NCBI GenBank assembly: GCA_018304615.1
Contig: JAGVVV010000006.1
Location: 1-58,926 of the forward strand
DNA from: Candidatus Aenigmatarchaeota archaeon
GTDB lineage: Archaea; Aenigmatarchaeota; Aenigmatarchaeia; CG10238-14; SCSR01
Direction of reading: 5' to 3'
DNA length: 58,926 nt
The position numbers were made by a program, and so were the translations under genes. Shown here in pieces: positions 18,805 through 28,618 of this stretch; the stretch's first letter is position 1; each line of letters begins with the position of its first letter. Below the pieces are notes generated by a model, which saw only the letters and a list, made by a program, of their open reading frames with translations, did no database searches and was not told the origin of the DNA.

Positions 18805-20028
18805 TTAGAAAAATAATAAGCTATCAACTAATTCATAAAGAGCATCTTTTTCTCTTACAGATTCAGGAACTTTTACTTGTCTTATTGTAGACCAAGGAAC
18901 TAGACTATTTCCACTTTTCAACATAATTATTTCATCGCTTTTCTTTCCTCTTACTAATTCTTCGTCCCATCCTTCTCTAACATCAGGCTTTCCTTTTAAC
19001 CATTTTATATCTGAATATCCTTCTCGTTCCAAATCTTCAGGAACCATGACAAATCCGTAATCTATTGTCACATGCCTTGGGTTACCAACTCTGAGAGCAG
19101 TTTCAGTTGCAAGTCGTATGAACTTATTTCTGTATGTTTGAATAGCTTCTGAATCTGCAGAAGGTCCTTCAGGAGCATATTTATTGTAATGGCTAAATTC
19201 ATTTGTAAAAATTCCAGCCGAATAAGAATGTCCATAATATGCTGATTGCAAATTTCCATCTTTGTCAATAAATGGAAAGTGATGACCATTAGGATTATGT
19301 TCAGATTTATCTACCCAAACTCTTCCTCGTCCATTAGGAAGTTGCGGACCATAAAATCTGGCCCATTGTCTTAAATCCATATCCCAATAAGCAACTATTT
19401 GGCCAATTTCATTTTGCTCTAATGGTTTGTCCGCATCCTTATATTCACCTTCATAATTCCAATCACCAACAGCACATGCACCTACATGTCTCACTGGTTT
19501 TGATCTTGTTATTCCTAATGTTCGCATAATAAGTTCGTCAGACACATCAATTTCCTCTATATCACCTGAACGAATATTACAAGTCTGCAACAATAATGAA
19601 AGCAATTCCTGCTTTGAAAGGCCAATGAGAAAATGTTTAGATCTTTCATAATCAAACGGTTCTCTTTGAGGTGGTATGAATTTATCGCTATTTTTCTCTC
19701 TGAAGTAGTTTGCCGTTCTAACAATCTCATCTCTAGACAAATTTCTTACAACATAAGAAGTTGAAGGTTTAGGATAACCCAAATAAAATCGATTTTCCAA
19801 CCAACATGACCAAAGCCCAACCAAACCATCTAAAGTACCATCGTGAATAGATAATTCCCAACCAGATTTATGATACATTGGCATTCTTCTTTCTGAACCT
19901 TGTGCTTGTAGTTCTGCTTGGCTAAGAGTTGCATTTGCAGCTACCATTAACATGGCTCTCATTGGATCGTACTGTGCTGTCTTTTCTATTATTTTTCCAG
20001 GAGTTTGTTTGTACATTTCTTTTGTCAT
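18805..20028 (-). CDS. Hypothetical soluble protein (cassette cargo)
   Basis: 407-aa ORF; no family recognised. Confidence 0.75.
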   Translation of the reverse strand: MTKEMYKQTPGKIIEKTAQYDPMRAMLMVAANATLSQAELQAQGSERRMPMYHKSGWELSIHDGTLDGLVGLWSCWLENRFYLGYPKPSTSYVVRNLSRDEIVRTANYFREKNSDKFIPPQREPFDYERSKHFLIGLSKQELLSLLLQTCNIRSGDIEEIDVSDELIMRTLGITRSKPVRHVGACAVGDWNYEGEYKDADKPLEQNEIGQIVAYWDMDLRQWARFYGPQLPNGRGRVWVDKSEHNPNGHHFPFIDKDGNLQSAYYGHSYSAGIFTNEFSHYNKYAPEGPSADSEAIQTYRNKFIRLATETALRVGNPRHVTIDYGFVMVPEDLEREGYSDIKWLKGKPDVREGWDEELVRGKKSDEIIMLKSGNSLVPWSTIRQVKVPESVREKDALYELVDSLLFF

Positions 20029-20174
20029 ATATTCACTAACAGAAAAACACGATAGTTAAAGATTTAAGCTTTGTTTGAGCCGATTTTGGAGAGCATGCTG
20101 CAAGTGATATTGGACGCTTCATAAAAACTAATTTCGATTGAATTGAATCAAAACCTATTGAATTAAATCAATTA

Positions 20175-20232
20175 TGCGGGAGGTGAGAACGACGGTTAAC
20201 CGTAGTGCGTATTTCTTTACAGTTGTAAACAA
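20175..20232. repeat. 37-bp direct repeat, copy 2, plus inverted copy of the TTGTTTACAACTGTAAA module
   Basis: 20175-20211 equals 17000-17036; 20216-20232 is the reverse complement of 17841-17857. Confidence 0.9.
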
Positions 20233-20255
20233 TATGTTCCCAAAAACTCTTAAGG

Positions 20256-21788
20256 TTGTGCTCTGTCAGAAATCAATCCATAGTACAAGATTTAAAGCTT
20301 CTTATTCATTGTATTTTTATGATTTTTGAAGCTGTCGAAAAAGTCAATGAAAAATTACAGAGATTCGTTCCAGATTTATATACGGATATCGATGCTTCAT
20401 ATTTCCTTAAGAAAACAAAGGACAAGGAATTTCTTTTTGGTTCCAGCGAACTGGATGTAAAAAAATTGGAAGACAGGGCGAAGATATACGGAATTTCTCC
20501 AAAAGTCCTTGAAGATATTAGAGGTATAGCTGAGAAATCCGGACATTTCAAGTATTGGCCATTCATTCTAGGGACATATTATGTCGATGGAAAGAGAATG
20601 TCAATGAACGACATAAACGCGACAGATCTCATATTCATTGCTTCACAATTGGGTGCGCCCAATATAATTTTTTATGCGTTAAATTTACCTCCTCTCTCAC
20701 CACAGTGGTACTTATCCGGTGTCTTGCCACTCAGAGCAATGTATTTTGCCGCGAGGAGAGGATGGTGGAGGCATGAATCAACACATGCCAGACATCATCA
20801 TTCCATGGCTGAGTATATGGCAATCATGAAAGAGCAAAAAAATCTCAAACATGCAATATCAAAAAATCCTAGATTTTTTACTCAGTCGAGATCAAATACA
20901 AGATTGGAAGATCAACTGAGTGCAATGCAGTCCAGTTATTACAGGGAAAGTTTGTCAGATGCAGGACTCACAATACATGAGGCCGGTAGCGAGGAGCTTC
21001 TGACGAGATGGCAGAGCCTTAAGGAAGCAAGAGGTCCTAGAGAGAAAGCATTGGCAACTTTTGCACTTGGCTTGTATTTCGAATATGCTCCTTTCAAGGG
21101 GTTGCAGAACTTGCTCATAGATTTCAAGGACAAGGTGGATGAAAAGTTTCCACATGATCCTCGCTTAAGGAGGGCGGTAAAAGTAGGATCCGTTGCCTCG
21201 ATGCTCGCTTTGCCTTTTTACGGACTTGTTACATATGCTCCCGCAGCAGCCCAGCAATTGCATGACATTCTCGTTCAAGAATACAAGTATGCAGACATAG
21301 ATCCTGAGAGAATAGACAGCGCACTTTGGCGAGGCTTTGCATATTATTTCGTCACAGTTCTGGCAGCGTTTTTCAGTTCGCATAGAAAAGGTATTTTGGG
21401 ACAAAAGAAGCAGAAGGTATTAGAAAAGACTGGAAAGCATTTGAGGACCCGCGAGTACAAATTCCCATACACATACAATCCTGCGAAGTCATTTTACAGG
21501 CATGTAAAGACAGCGCTTTACCTAAACAAAGTCTGGGGCAATATCCCAAATTACAGACAGCTTCAATCGAGCAGCGATGTAGATGGTGTCATCTCGGAAG
21601 TCGATGCAAGACTGCGTGGAAAGATGGGCGACAATGACAGAACATTTACAATAAATACATTGGGAGACTCTTTACAACCATATACAAGAGCTCATGAATA
21701 TCAATTTCCAGTCGACATTTATCCAAAGGAACTTTTCCTTGCAAATGTTTATCTCAACTTGAAAGATTTGTTTGAAAAGATGCAATGA
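20256..21788 (+). CDS. Hypothetical protein with HExxH and TM segments (cassette cargo)
   Basis: WWRHESTHARHH; probable ATG start at 20319. Confidence 0.7.
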   Translation: MCSVRNQSIVQDLKLLIHCIFMIFEAVEKVNEKLQRFVPDLYTDIDASYFLKKTKDKEFLFGSSELDVKKLEDRAKIYGISPKVLEDIRGIAEKSGHFKYWPFILGTYYVDGKRMSMNDINATDLIFIASQLGAPNIIFYALNLPPLSPQWYLSGVLPLRAMYFAARRGWWRHESTHARHHHSMAEYMAIMKEQKNLKHAISKNPRFFTQSRSNTRLEDQLSAMQSSYYRESLSDAGLTIHEAGSEELLTRWQSLKEARGPREKALATFALGLYFEYAPFKGLQNLLIDFKDKVDEKFPHDPRLRRAVKVGSVASMLALPFYGLVTYAPAAAQQLHDILVQEYKYADIDPERIDSALWRGFAYYFVTVLAAFFSSHRKGILGQKKQKVLEKTGKHLRTREYKFPYTYNPAKSFYRHVKTALYLNKVWGNIPNYRQLQSSSDVDGVISEVDARLRGKMGDNDRTFTINTLGDSLQPYTRAHEYQFPVDIYPKELFLANVYLNLKDLFEKMQ

Positions 21789-21864
21789 ACGTTAGAACAA
21801 TATTTCAATTCTATCAATGGCTGTGAAATTATTTATCGAACCTACGAACTACGAGAAACCGTTG

Positions 21865-21950
21865 TGCGGGAGGTGGGATTTGAACCCACGTATGCACTAA
21901 GCAACTGGCACCTCAAGCCAGCGGAATTGACCAGGCTATCCGACCCCCGC
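21865..21950 (-). tRNA. tRNA-Leu(GAG)
   Basis: GCGGGGG acceptor, CUGGC-UU-GAG-GU-GCCAG, long variable arm, GUUCAAAUC, A73. Confidence 0.95.
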
Positions 21951-21985
21951 GTGCTGATAATTAATATAAACAAGCTGATAAATGT

Positions 21986-22603
21986 TTGTTTATGAAAGAT
22001 TTGGAATCTCAAATAAAAGAACACTGGGATTCCGCCTACAGGTCAACACCATACAAGAAGCTCCCATGGGAAAGCGTCAAGCCTGACGAAGAACTTGTCA
22101 AGTATGTTGCTGAAAGAAGAATAAAAAAAGGAAAGGCGCTGGAAGTATGCTGCGGAGCAGGCACTCAGTCTATATTTTTGGCAAAGAAAGGTTTTGATGT
22201 GACGGGTATCGATATCTCACCTACTGCAATCAAGATAGCAATAAAACGTGCGAAGGAAGAGAAGGTTAAAATAAATTTCATGACCGGAAACTCTTTCGAT
22301 TTGAAATTAGATGCCGAATCATTCGATTTGGTTCTAGACAGGGGCTGCTTCCATCACATCCCGCCAGAAGCCAGAAGCAGGTATATAGAAGGGGTAGCAA
22401 GAGTGCTGAAAAAGGGAGGGAAATATTTCAGCAAGTCGTTCAGTAAGAAAAATGGGTGGAACATAGAAAAGGAATTCACTCTGGAAGAAGTGGAAAACAT
22501 ATTTTCCCAATATTTTGATGTCGAAGTTTCAAGAGAAGTGGTTCACACACAGCCCGAAGGCGGAGATGTGATAATGAACGCAATTCTCATGAAGAAGAAA
22601 TAA
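21986..22603 (+). CDS. Class I SAM-dependent methyltransferase
   Basis: ALEVCCGAG, GIDIS, FDLVLDRGCFH. Confidence 0.9.
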   Translation: MFMKDLESQIKEHWDSAYRSTPYKKLPWESVKPDEELVKYVAERRIKKGKALEVCCGAGTQSIFLAKKGFDVTGIDISPTAIKIAIKRAKEEKVKINFMTGNSFDLKLDAESFDLVLDRGCFHHIPPEARSRYIEGVARVLKKGGKYFSKSFSKKNGWNIEKEFTLEEVENIFSQYFDVEVSREVVHTQPEGGDVIMNAILMKKK

Positions 22604-22627
22604 TAACTTCAAAACCGAGTTGAATTT

Positions 22628-23074
22628 ATGACCCTTACAGAGCTTATTGCCGTTTCAATTGTAGGGATAGCTCTTGTAATAATATTCTTCAACTTCTACA
22701 ACCCCGAATACAAGACGGTGAAAGTAAAAGTAGGGAATTACACAGTAACTGCCGATATAGCTGATTCCATACCGAAAAAGACGAAAGGTTTGATGGGAAG
22801 GAAGAGTCTACCTGAAGACAAAGGCATGCTTTTCACTTTTCGAGATAATGACAAGCCTTCTTTTTGGATGATGAACATGTCTATACCCATTGACATGATT
22901 TGGATCAGTTCTGATGGGAAAGTCACATACATAGCCAAGGATGCACAGCCATGCTTAGTAAATTGCAAACTGTATTCTCCTGACAAGGAAAGCAAATACG
23001 TCCTGGAAGTCGCTTCAAATTTCACAGACAGGCACAATGTGAAAATGGGGACAAAGGTCGAGATTAATCTTTAG
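22628..23074 (+). CDS. DUF192-family protein
   Basis: GLMGR...GMLF...FWM.NM.IPID...YVLEV. Confidence 0.9.
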   Translation: MTLTELIAVSIVGIALVIIFFNFYNPEYKTVKVKVGNYTVTADIADSIPKKTKGLMGRKSLPEDKGMLFTFRDNDKPSFWMMNMSIPIDMIWISSDGKVTYIAKDAQPCLVNCKLYSPDKESKYVLEVASNFTDRHNVKMGTKVEINL

Positions 23075-23108
23075 GAAAACTTAAATAGTTTTGTTTTAAT
23101 CAACAATC

Positions 23109-23378
23109 ATGAAAACAAGAAGAATCGCTGCCGAATTGGGATTAGGAGCAATTTCTCTATATTCATTTGGACAATTAGTTCCTTACGTAAATAATAATGT
23201 CAAACAATCTTTGGGAAATGTATTTCAAAATTACAGAGATCCAATTGGTTTTGTGTATAGCCTTGCTAATTTAACAATTCCTAATTTTGCATTAGGCTTT
23301 GCCGAAATGGGTCTGTTACTTTTATCTGCATATTCATTTTACAGTGCTGTAAAAAATATTGTCAAATCCCAAATTTGA
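23109..23378 (+). CDS. Hypothetical membrane protein
   Basis: 89 aa, hydrophobic. Confidence 0.55.
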   Translation: MKTRRIAAELGLGAISLYSFGQLVPYVNNNVKQSLGNVFQNYRDPIGFVYSLANLTIPNFALGFAEMGLLLLSAYSFYSAVKNIVKSQI

Positions 23379-23405
23379 TTCCACTTTAAATTTCTTTGCC
23401 TACAT

Positions 23406-23990
23406 ATGTTTTTCATGAGAAAGTTAATCACCTTGCTCACAATGTTGTTCTTAATACCTCTTGCCTCAGCCCAGTTTGAAATAACTCACCCAAACCTGAA
23501 CATTACAAATTATCAAAATACTTTAACCCAATCACAAGGAACAACACAGGCATATTCAGTCATTGTGATGAACACAGGAGATGTCAGATTGGATAAAGTC
23601 TATCTCAGTCTGTCCTTCCTCCCGTCCAGTTGGTACGAGATTGTAGATTCGAAACCTTTGGATGTTGGAGAGTCTGGAACATTCGCTTATACCATAAAAC
23701 TTCCACATGATACAGTTGGAAAATTAGATCTTGATTTAACGGCTCATGGAATGAAAGGTTTTGGTGAAGTGACGAAAACTTCAGTAAAGGTAAAACTGGA
23801 AGCAGGAATTTCTCAACCTACACAATCTACTAGTGTTCCAGAGACAACTTCTGCAACAACAACAGGCACAAGTTCGACTATGACTTCGATTCCGGCAGAA
23901 ACTGATTTCCTTTCCAAGAATTCCAGCTACATTGTAATTATTTTGACAGTTGTGATTGCGGTAGCACTGGCAGTTCTTTTCAAGCTTTAG
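23406..23990 (+). CDS. Secreted Ig/CARDB-like protein with C-terminal TM
   Basis: Signal peptide, VMNTGD, Thr linker, TM. Confidence 0.75.
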   Translation: MFFMRKLITLLTMLFLIPLASAQFEITHPNLNITNYQNTLTQSQGTTQAYSVIVMNTGDVRLDKVYLSLSFLPSSWYEIVDSKPLDVGESGTFAYTIKLPHDTVGKLDLDLTAHGMKGFGEVTKTSVKVKLEAGISQPTQSTSVPETTSATTTGTSSTMTSIPAETDFLSKNSSYIVIILTVVIAVALAVLFKL

Positions 23991-25303
23991 ACCTTGTAAA
24001 GTTCCTGTTGCTGTTTGGGTTTCCTGATGAAGAAGAAATAGATTGATGGAACCAAAAACGCTATCACTGCTACAATTAAAAGAAGGTAGACGTTGTTGAA
24101 ATCAAAACCGCCGCACTTCTCGCCTGGACAGCATCCTATTTTTGTTGTTGTGCTGTTGCAAACCTTGTATCCTTTCTGAGAATCGGTCTTGCAAGCAGGA
24201 GATGTTTGGGTCCCATTGGAACAAGTGGAAGATCCACAATCCGAATCTTTTGAGCACTGGTCAAGTGTCGTGGTTGTAGTAGTTGTCGTAGTAGTTGATG
24301 ATGTAGAGGAAGTTGTCCCACCGCCAATAATTGTTTTGGTTGCGCTGGTCACAGGGAGTCCGTTAACGACAGCCTTGGATAGTGTGTTCACACCAGCGGC
24401 AGTGATAGAGACAAGTTGAACTGTAAATGTTTGTCCTGAAGAAATTTGACTGCTCATGGTATACTGGACTAGTAAATTGACGGTTGTGTTAGTCTGAATC
24501 TTGTATGGTGAAGACGAGAGATCCAACCTCAAGACACCGTCGTCTGACAGGAACTGCCCATAGCCTAAAAGTGGCTCTCCCTGATCAACAACTCCATTTG
24601 AATTAGAATCATCAAAGACTTTTACAATTGTAATTCCATTCCTGTCATCTCCGGCTCCTGATGGAATGAAATCCAAGGAAGTTATTTGTATTGGTTCGGC
24701 CTGATCTCCGGTAATTCTGATCTGAAGCATGACATTGTTCCTGATGTTCGCGTCGTATGAATAAGTGTGGCTAGGAGGAGATTGAGAACCGACCGAGAAG
24801 CCCAAAGTCGGGATGGGTGCTCTGATGACTGAAATTCCGCCTCCTCCGCCGCTGTAATTACAGTCCCCTCCGTTCCCGCAACTTCCTATGTCAAAAAGAT
24901 TGTTGTTATTGACGTCTGCTATCAAATCATAGGTTCCGGCAATCAAGACCGGAGTCCAGAAAGACCTGACATCGAAACCACCAGAAGAATTTGTCGTTAT
25001 CGACACAGGACCCAACACCTGGCCGGAATTCAGAACTGTGAGGTTGGCAATGCTCGCATTATGGTTTCTCAAATAGACGTTGACTGTAGCAGATGCATTT
25101 GTTATGTTGTTTGCTACGATGTACATGGTCTCGTTTGTCATGAATGACACTTGCTGAGTTCCGTTAGAGCTTGTTGTCATTATAACTTGAGCAGTTGAAA
25201 GACTAGCAAATGACAGAAATGATAAGGTAAAAATGAACAGGAAATTCAACTTTCCCATGTAAATTCTATGATGATATTTAATAATAAACCTAGGAAGCTC
25301 CAT
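23987..25303 (-). CDS. Cell-surface glycoprotein (Thr linker, Cys-rich module, C-terminal TM)
   Basis: Signal peptide, DSNSNGVVD Ca-like motif, CSKDSDC. Confidence 0.8.
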   Translation of the reverse strand: MELPRFIIKYHHRIYMGKLNFLFIFTLSFLSFASLSTAQVIMTTSSNGTQQVSFMTNETMYIVANNITNASATVNVYLRNHNASIANLTVLNSGQVLGPVSITTNSSGGFDVRSFWTPVLIAGTYDLIADVNNNNLFDIGSCGNGGDCNYSGGGGGISVIRAPIPTLGFSVGSQSPPSHTYSYDANIRNNVMLQIRITGDQAEPIQITSLDFIPSGAGDDRNGITIVKVFDDSNSNGVVDQGEPLLGYGQFLSDDGVLRLDLSSSPYKIQTNTTVNLLVQYTMSSQISSGQTFTVQLVSITAAGVNTLSKAVVNGLPVTSATKTIIGGGTTSSTSSTTTTTTTTTTLDQCSKDSDCGSSTCSNGTQTSPACKTDSQKGYKVCNSTTTKIGCCPGEKCGGFDFNNVYLLLIVAVIAFLVPSIYFFFIRKPKQQQELYKV

Positions 25304-25553
25304 TGCCTACCCCCACAGGTATTTTAGGAGGGGTGCGAATCCGATATCCATTTTTTCTGAAAATTTCTGCACTGTACAGTTTGTTCTTAATCTTTATCTC
25401 CCTATTGATATCCTGTCGTCTGTGAGCATGATCCCAATATTCGACAACAAATCGTTCAGCATAAAATTTAATATTAACAAACTCGCCCCTATATTTCGTC
25501 ACTACTTTTTTTGCCATATTCACATATTTTTCTCGTTCTTCTGCAGATAACAT
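25290..25553 (-). CDS. Hypothetical protein
   Basis: 87-aa AT-rich ORF. Confidence 0.5.
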   Translation of the reverse strand: MLSAEEREKYVNMAKKVVTKYRGEFVNIKFYAERFVVEYWDHAHRRQDINREIKIKNKLYSAEIFRKNGYRIRTPPKIPVGVGNGAS

Positions 25554-25678
25554 GGAATTATCTTTGTAACAATAACTATTAAAATGTTTTAGAAAATATT
25601 TTTTTGTTGAAAAAATTTAAGAAAAAAATTCTTATGAAACTTTTTAAGTAAGGAATGCAATATATCTTATAAGATTAA

Positions 25679-26743
25679 ATGAAAAATAATTTCGTAGAAA
25701 AAAAATTAGAGCCCATCGAAGTCAATAAAAAAACGATTTCAGAACTTCTTTCTTCAATGGCAAAAACTGGATTTCAGGGAAAAAGTTTAGGCAGAGTTGT
25801 TGACATTTGGGAAGAAATGGTGAAGGACAAGAATCTTACAATCGTAATGGGATATGCAGGATCATTGAGCACGACTGGACAATGGACGATTGTTAAATGG
25901 TTGATGGAACACAGGTATATTGACGTTTTGGTCTCGACCGGAGCAAACATTTCTGAAGATATTATTCCAGCCATGGGATTCAATTATTATCAGGGAACTA
26001 CAAATGTCGATGACACTGAACTTTTCAAAAGTGACATTAACAGATATTATGACGTCTACGGCAAAGAGCAAGATTACATCAAGATGACTGAGTTTATTGC
26101 AGATTTTATTGTCACACTTGACGAAGACCACGCATATACCTCAAGAGAATTTTTATATCTTTTTGGAAAATGGTTGACTAAAAAAGGGATTCACAGCATT
26201 GTCGCAGCTGCTGCCGAGAACGGCGTTCCTGTGTTTTGTCCAGCGATTATAGACAGCCCGTACGGAGATGCTGCACTGATAGCAAAAGCCCGTGGCTTCA
26301 ACCTTAAACTCGATTCGATAAAAGAATATGCAGAATTCATGTCAATGCCAGAACATTTCAAAGATGTCGGAGTCATCTATATCGGCGGAGGAGTTCCAAA
26401 AGACATAATTCAACTTTTGGCCGTTACTGCTGACCTGATGTACAAGGACAGAAAAGTTCCAAACAGGCCAGGCAAGATGTCTAGATCAGGCGCAACCAAC
26501 GAGAATTACTACCCTCACAAATACGCGATTCAGATCACTACAGATTCCCCCCAATGGGGAGGATTGAGCGGATGCACGTTCGAAGAAGCAACCAGCTGGG
26601 GCAAGGAAATTAAAGGAGGGAAGAATGTTGCTTGTTATGTAGATGCTACTATCGCATTGCCTCTGATTTCTCATGCACTCAACGAAAGGATTGGAAATAG
26701 AAGGAAGCACGCGACTGACTTTTCATGGATGTTTAAACAGTAA
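25679..26743 (+). CDS. dys: Deoxyhypusine synthase family
   Basis: GFQG, VSTGAN, IGGGVPK, GGLSGC.FEEA.SWGK, DATI. Confidence 0.92.
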   Translation: MKNNFVEKKLEPIEVNKKTISELLSSMAKTGFQGKSLGRVVDIWEEMVKDKNLTIVMGYAGSLSTTGQWTIVKWLMEHRYIDVLVSTGANISEDIIPAMGFNYYQGTTNVDDTELFKSDINRYYDVYGKEQDYIKMTEFIADFIVTLDEDHAYTSREFLYLFGKWLTKKGIHSIVAAAAENGVPVFCPAIIDSPYGDAALIAKARGFNLKLDSIKEYAEFMSMPEHFKDVGVIYIGGGVPKDIIQLLAVTADLMYKDRKVPNRPGKMSRSGATNENYYPHKYAIQITTDSPQWGGLSGCTFEEATSWGKEIKGGKNVACYVDATIALPLISHALNERIGNRRKHATDFSWMFKQ

Positions 26744-26753
26744 TTCAAATGAA

Positions 26754-26990
26754 TTAATAGAAAGAAATTTCATAAGGTAATTCTTTTTCAGGAATCGGAG
26801 TAGTTATCTTAACATATTCTCTCTTTATTTGAACGTCTCTTTTTTTTCGTGTTCTATTTTCAAAATATGTTATTACTTGATCACGAGTCATTCCAGTCAA
26901 ATTTGCAAAATACCCAAAAGTTTGAAAATTATTAGATAGCAATTCTTCAATGGTCCAAATTTTAGGTTCTATTTCTTTTACCCTAGTCAA
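26754..26990 (-). CDS. Hypothetical protein
   Basis: 78 aa; AGGTG SD. Confidence 0.45.
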   Translation of the reverse strand: MTRVKEIEPKIWTIEELLSNNFQTFGYFANLTGMTRDQVITYFENRTRKKRDVQIKREYVKITTPIPEKELPYEISFY

Positions 26991-27093
26991 CTAAACACCT
27001 ATCTTAATGTGATACGTTAAAAATTTAAATGTGTCAATTCACCGGAAATCTACTTACCAATAGATGTTAACCTCACAATAATTTCTAGAATTC

Positions 27094-27348
27094 ATGCTGG
27101 TGCATTGTGATAACTGCGGAGAGGAGATGATAGTTGCCAGTTTCACCCGTACAGTTGAAAAGCTCAAGATACTTCCGAGAGCAGAGACTAGATTCTGGTT
27201 GGTGAAATTCGTATGTCCTTTCTGTTATTTTGTAAAAACATTGTCAATAGACCTTCTTTCAGGAAACCGATATTTCACTACACTGGCTGCAAACACTCTC
27301 TGGTATTATTGCATTCTGAAAGGAAAATGGAAATTATCTCAGAAATAA
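27094..27348 (+). CDS. Zinc-ribbon hypothetical protein
   Basis: CDNC...CPFC. Confidence 0.6.
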   Translation: MLVHCDNCGEEMIVASFTRTVEKLKILPRAETRFWLVKFVCPFCYFVKTLSIDLLSGNRYFTTLAANTLWYYCILKGKWKLSQK

Positions 27349-27351
27349 AAT

Positions 27352-27651
27352 TCATGACCTGAAAACATCGGCAAAACATCTGATGAAATATTCCCTTGCG
27401 TATTTCACTGACTTCTCCCCATCCGAAGTAAGCGAGTAAACAATGGTCTTTCCTTTCTTTATTCCTTTGATAAGATTCTTTTTTTTCAGGTCTTTCAATG
27501 CCGGATAAATCGTTCCCGCCTTGGGTTTTTCTCCACGCCTTTTGCCAATCTCTTCAGCAATCGCATCACCGTGCATGGATTTTTTCGATAATAAATAAAG
27601 TATCTGAAAAGAGAGCATCCCCCTCATGTCGCATCCACAATTTCCTTGCAT
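27352..27651 (-). CDS. PadR-family transcriptional regulator
   Basis: MRGMLSFQIL..L...HG...GTIYPAL...YSLT..G. Confidence 0.9.
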   Translation of the reverse strand: MQGNCGCDMRGMLSFQILYLLSKKSMHGDAIAEEIGKRRGEKPKAGTIYPALKDLKKKNLIKGIKKGKTIVYSLTSDGEKSVKYAREYFIRCFADVFRS

Positions 27652-27660
27652 AATAATACA

Positions 27661-27722
27661 TAGGGTGTCCTATATATTTAAATACCTGCAGATTCAATTA
27701 ATTTGTAATATTGGATACCCTA
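27661..27722. promoter_or_regulatory. Two putative PadR operators in a divergent promoter
   Basis: TAGGGTGTCCTA (27661-27672) and TTGGATACCCTA (27711-27722), in inverted orientation. Confidence 0.6.
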
Positions 27723-27744
27723 TAACGAAGGAGGTGTGATAAAA

Positions 27745-27888
27745 ATGTGCGGTGAATTCGGAAGTGGAATGAGAGGCTTCTTTACAAAGGAAGAAAGGAT
27801 AGAGATGCTCAAGGAGTATAAAGAATCTCTAGAGAGCGAAGCCAAAGGGGTTTCTGAAAGGATCAAAGAGTTAGAAAAGAATAATTGA
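27745..27888 (+). CDS. Small coiled-coil protein, DUF5320-like (47 aa; not in ORF track)
   Basis: GGAGGTG SD; MCGEFGSGMRGFFTKEERIEMLKEYKESLESEAKGVSERIKELEKNN. Confidence 0.8.
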   Translation: MCGEFGSGMRGFFTKEERIEMLKEYKESLESEAKGVSERIKELEKNN

Positions 27889-27923
27889 TCCTTTTCTTTC
27901 TTATTTTTTTAAAAAGTGATGAG

Positions 27924-28532
27924 ATGGATTGGACTAAACTACCAGAAGATATTATAATAGAAAAAACTTCGAACAACCTCAAACAAAGAGGTGTAGAGAC
28001 ATTCATTGTTAACACGCGCGACGAAGCGAAGAAAAAAGTTTTGGAGCTGGTTCCTGAAGGGTCGGAAGTCATGAACAATACATCAGTTACTCTGGATCAA
28101 ATTGGGGTGTCAAAAGAAATCTTGGAAAGTGGAAGGTACAACGCATTAAGGAAAATTATTATGTCAACCAGTGATAAGGAACAAAGGCAGAAATGGAGAA
28201 AGATTACAGCTACTGCAGAGTATTCTATTGGCAGTGTTCAAGCTGTCACAGAAGATGGACAAGTTGTCATTGTGTCAAACACCGGTAGTCAATTATCACC
28301 TTACGCTTCAGGTGCAGCAAATGTTGTCTGGGTCGTCGGAACGCAAAAAATAGTTAAAAATTTGGATGAAGCTTTTAAAAGAATAAGAGAATATACGCTT
28401 CCTTTAGAGAGTGAACGAATGAAGAAAGCTTACGGAGTTGGAAGCAACATAAGCAAAATTCTGATAATCGAAAAGGAAGTCGTACCTGGAAGAACAAAAC
28501 TGATTTTTGTAAAAGAAAATCTTGGATTCTGA
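27924..28532 (+). CDS. LUD-domain (LutC/YkgG-like) protein
   Basis: SVTLDQIG, AVTEDG...SNTGSQ, VVGTQKIV, ENLGF. Confidence 0.88.
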   Translation: MDWTKLPEDIIIEKTSNNLKQRGVETFIVNTRDEAKKKVLELVPEGSEVMNNTSVTLDQIGVSKEILESGRYNALRKIIMSTSDKEQRQKWRKITATAEYSIGSVQAVTEDGQVVIVSNTGSQLSPYASGAANVVWVVGTQKIVKNLDEAFKRIREYTLPLESERMKKAYGVGSNISKILIIEKEVVPGRTKLIFVKENLGF

Positions 28533-28618
28533 TTTATAAAGAATGTTTTTCAAATAAAATGAATGGTTGAAATTTTAAAAAAGGTTCGAAGCGAGACTTG
28601 AACCAGATGGGTATATCT

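Noticed and set aside
17000-20232. TGCGGGAGGTG repeats as a CRISPR array or as Shine-Dalgarno sites
   Set aside because: Spacing is very irregular. Although GGAGGTG is the SD consensus, the copies have no suitably spaced start of a real gene and the match extends to the tRNA-Leu discriminator.
17000-21875. Retroviral-style tRNA primer-binding sites
   Set aside because: Copies lack the TGG complementary to CCA, and no reverse transcriptase is in the window.
21842-22024. ORFs overlapping tRNA genes (also 31052-31408, 53958-54140, 54189-54389)
   Set aside because: Spurious translations of tRNA or antisense sequence.
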